Source: Eledone cirrhosa
Lineage: Eukaryota
Assembly (NCBI GenBank): GCA_964016885.1
Contig: OZ024742.1
Location: 179,304,001-179,368,000, forward strand
Reading direction: 5' to 3'
Length of the DNA: 64,000 nucleotides
A program made the position numbers and the translations under genes. How positions within the stretch are numbered: position 1 is the first letter of the stretch; every line of letters starts with the position of its first letter. Below the pieces are notes generated by a model. The model saw only the letters and a program-made list of their open reading frames with translations. It made no database searches and was not told the DNA's origin. Below, piece by piece: positions 63,314 through 64,000 of this stretch.

Positions 63314-63452
63314 TCATCATTTTACGATCGTTTCTAGGATATATATGTTAGTGTTGGTATGTATATCATATAGATCTATGTAAAAAATTTTACAAACTAT
63401 CAGAGGGAATATACATACCTACACATATATATGCTGTCTTCAGAAATAATGA
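63314..63452 (-). ncRNA. Type I hammerhead ribozyme motif with ~100-nt helix II
   Basis: UCAUUAUUU-CUGAAGA-[long stem]-GAAAC-GAUC-GUA^AAAUGAUGA: 9-bp helix I and palindromic GAUC loop III. Confidence 0.7.
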
Positions 63453-64000
63453 TATTTGTTTATTGAAGAAAACCAACAAGGATTTAATATAATAGGTCTG
63501 TTTGGGAACAGGTTTTGAATTGACCAATAGAAATGTAGTAAAGGTCAAGATGGTGAAATAGTAGTAATAGAACTTTAATTTAGGGGTAGAGGAAGGTAGA
63601 TTTCAGTTTTGGATGGAAAGCGTATGATGAATGAAAGATTATTTTATTATTCATTCATCATACTCTTTCCATCCAAAACTGAAATCTACCTTCCTCTACC
63701 CCTAAATTAAAGTTCTATTACTACTATTTTACCATCTTGACCTTTACTACATTTCTATTGGTCAATTCAAAACCTGTTCCCAAACAGACCTATTATATTA
63801 AATCCTTGTTGGTTTTCTTCAATAAACAAATATCATTATTTCTAAAGTACCAGTAATGCACTGGATAATTGCTGGCCTTGTGCCTAACGTAGAAACAATT
63901 ATTTCTGAAGACAGCATATATATGTGTAGGTATGTATATTCCCTCTGATAGTTTGTAAAAATTTTGACATAGATCTATATGATATACATACCAACACTAA
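63348..64000. repeat. Near-perfect long palindrome (arms >=288 bp, 14-nt spacer 63636-63649) running off the right edge
   Basis: Arms are reverse complements with about 3 mismatches apart from a SINE fragment in the right arm. Confidence 0.95.
63844..63897 (+). mobile_element. 5'-truncated SINE tail with 9-bp TSD ATTATTTCT
   Basis: Matches the SINE 3' end; TSD at 63835-63843 and 63898-63906; absent from the left arm. Confidence 0.92.

Overview
Eukaryotic, repeat-dominated, essentially gene-free DNA. The abundant tRNA-derived SINE resembles SINEs I recall from octopus/cephalopod genomes; this is an inference, not a search result. The first ~30.2 kb is two abutting, related G+T-rich satellite arrays: a 30+9n bp unit (1-~19950) and a 92/89-bp unit (~19980-30217). 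Both have kb-scale higher-order duplications, and the many ORFs called there are artefacts of triplet-based repeats. The rest is a nest of decayed mobile elements and microsatellites: four Helitrons or fragments (one with a disrupted Rep-helicase), three L1/Tx1-type LINE pieces, many SINEs and MITEs, plus one candidate host exon. The most notable signals are (i) minimal type I hammerhead ribozyme motifs, two of them in inverted-repeat elements, including one with a very long helix II inside a >650-bp palindrome, in the style of Penelope-like elements; (ii) a (TA)n-flanked ~150-bp hairpin element in three loci; (iii) a 35-38 bp palindrome resembling two fused Helitron 3' ends that sits between two divergent Helitron 5' ends; and (iv) an apparent in-frame ORF1-ORF2 junction in two diverged Tx1-like LINEs.
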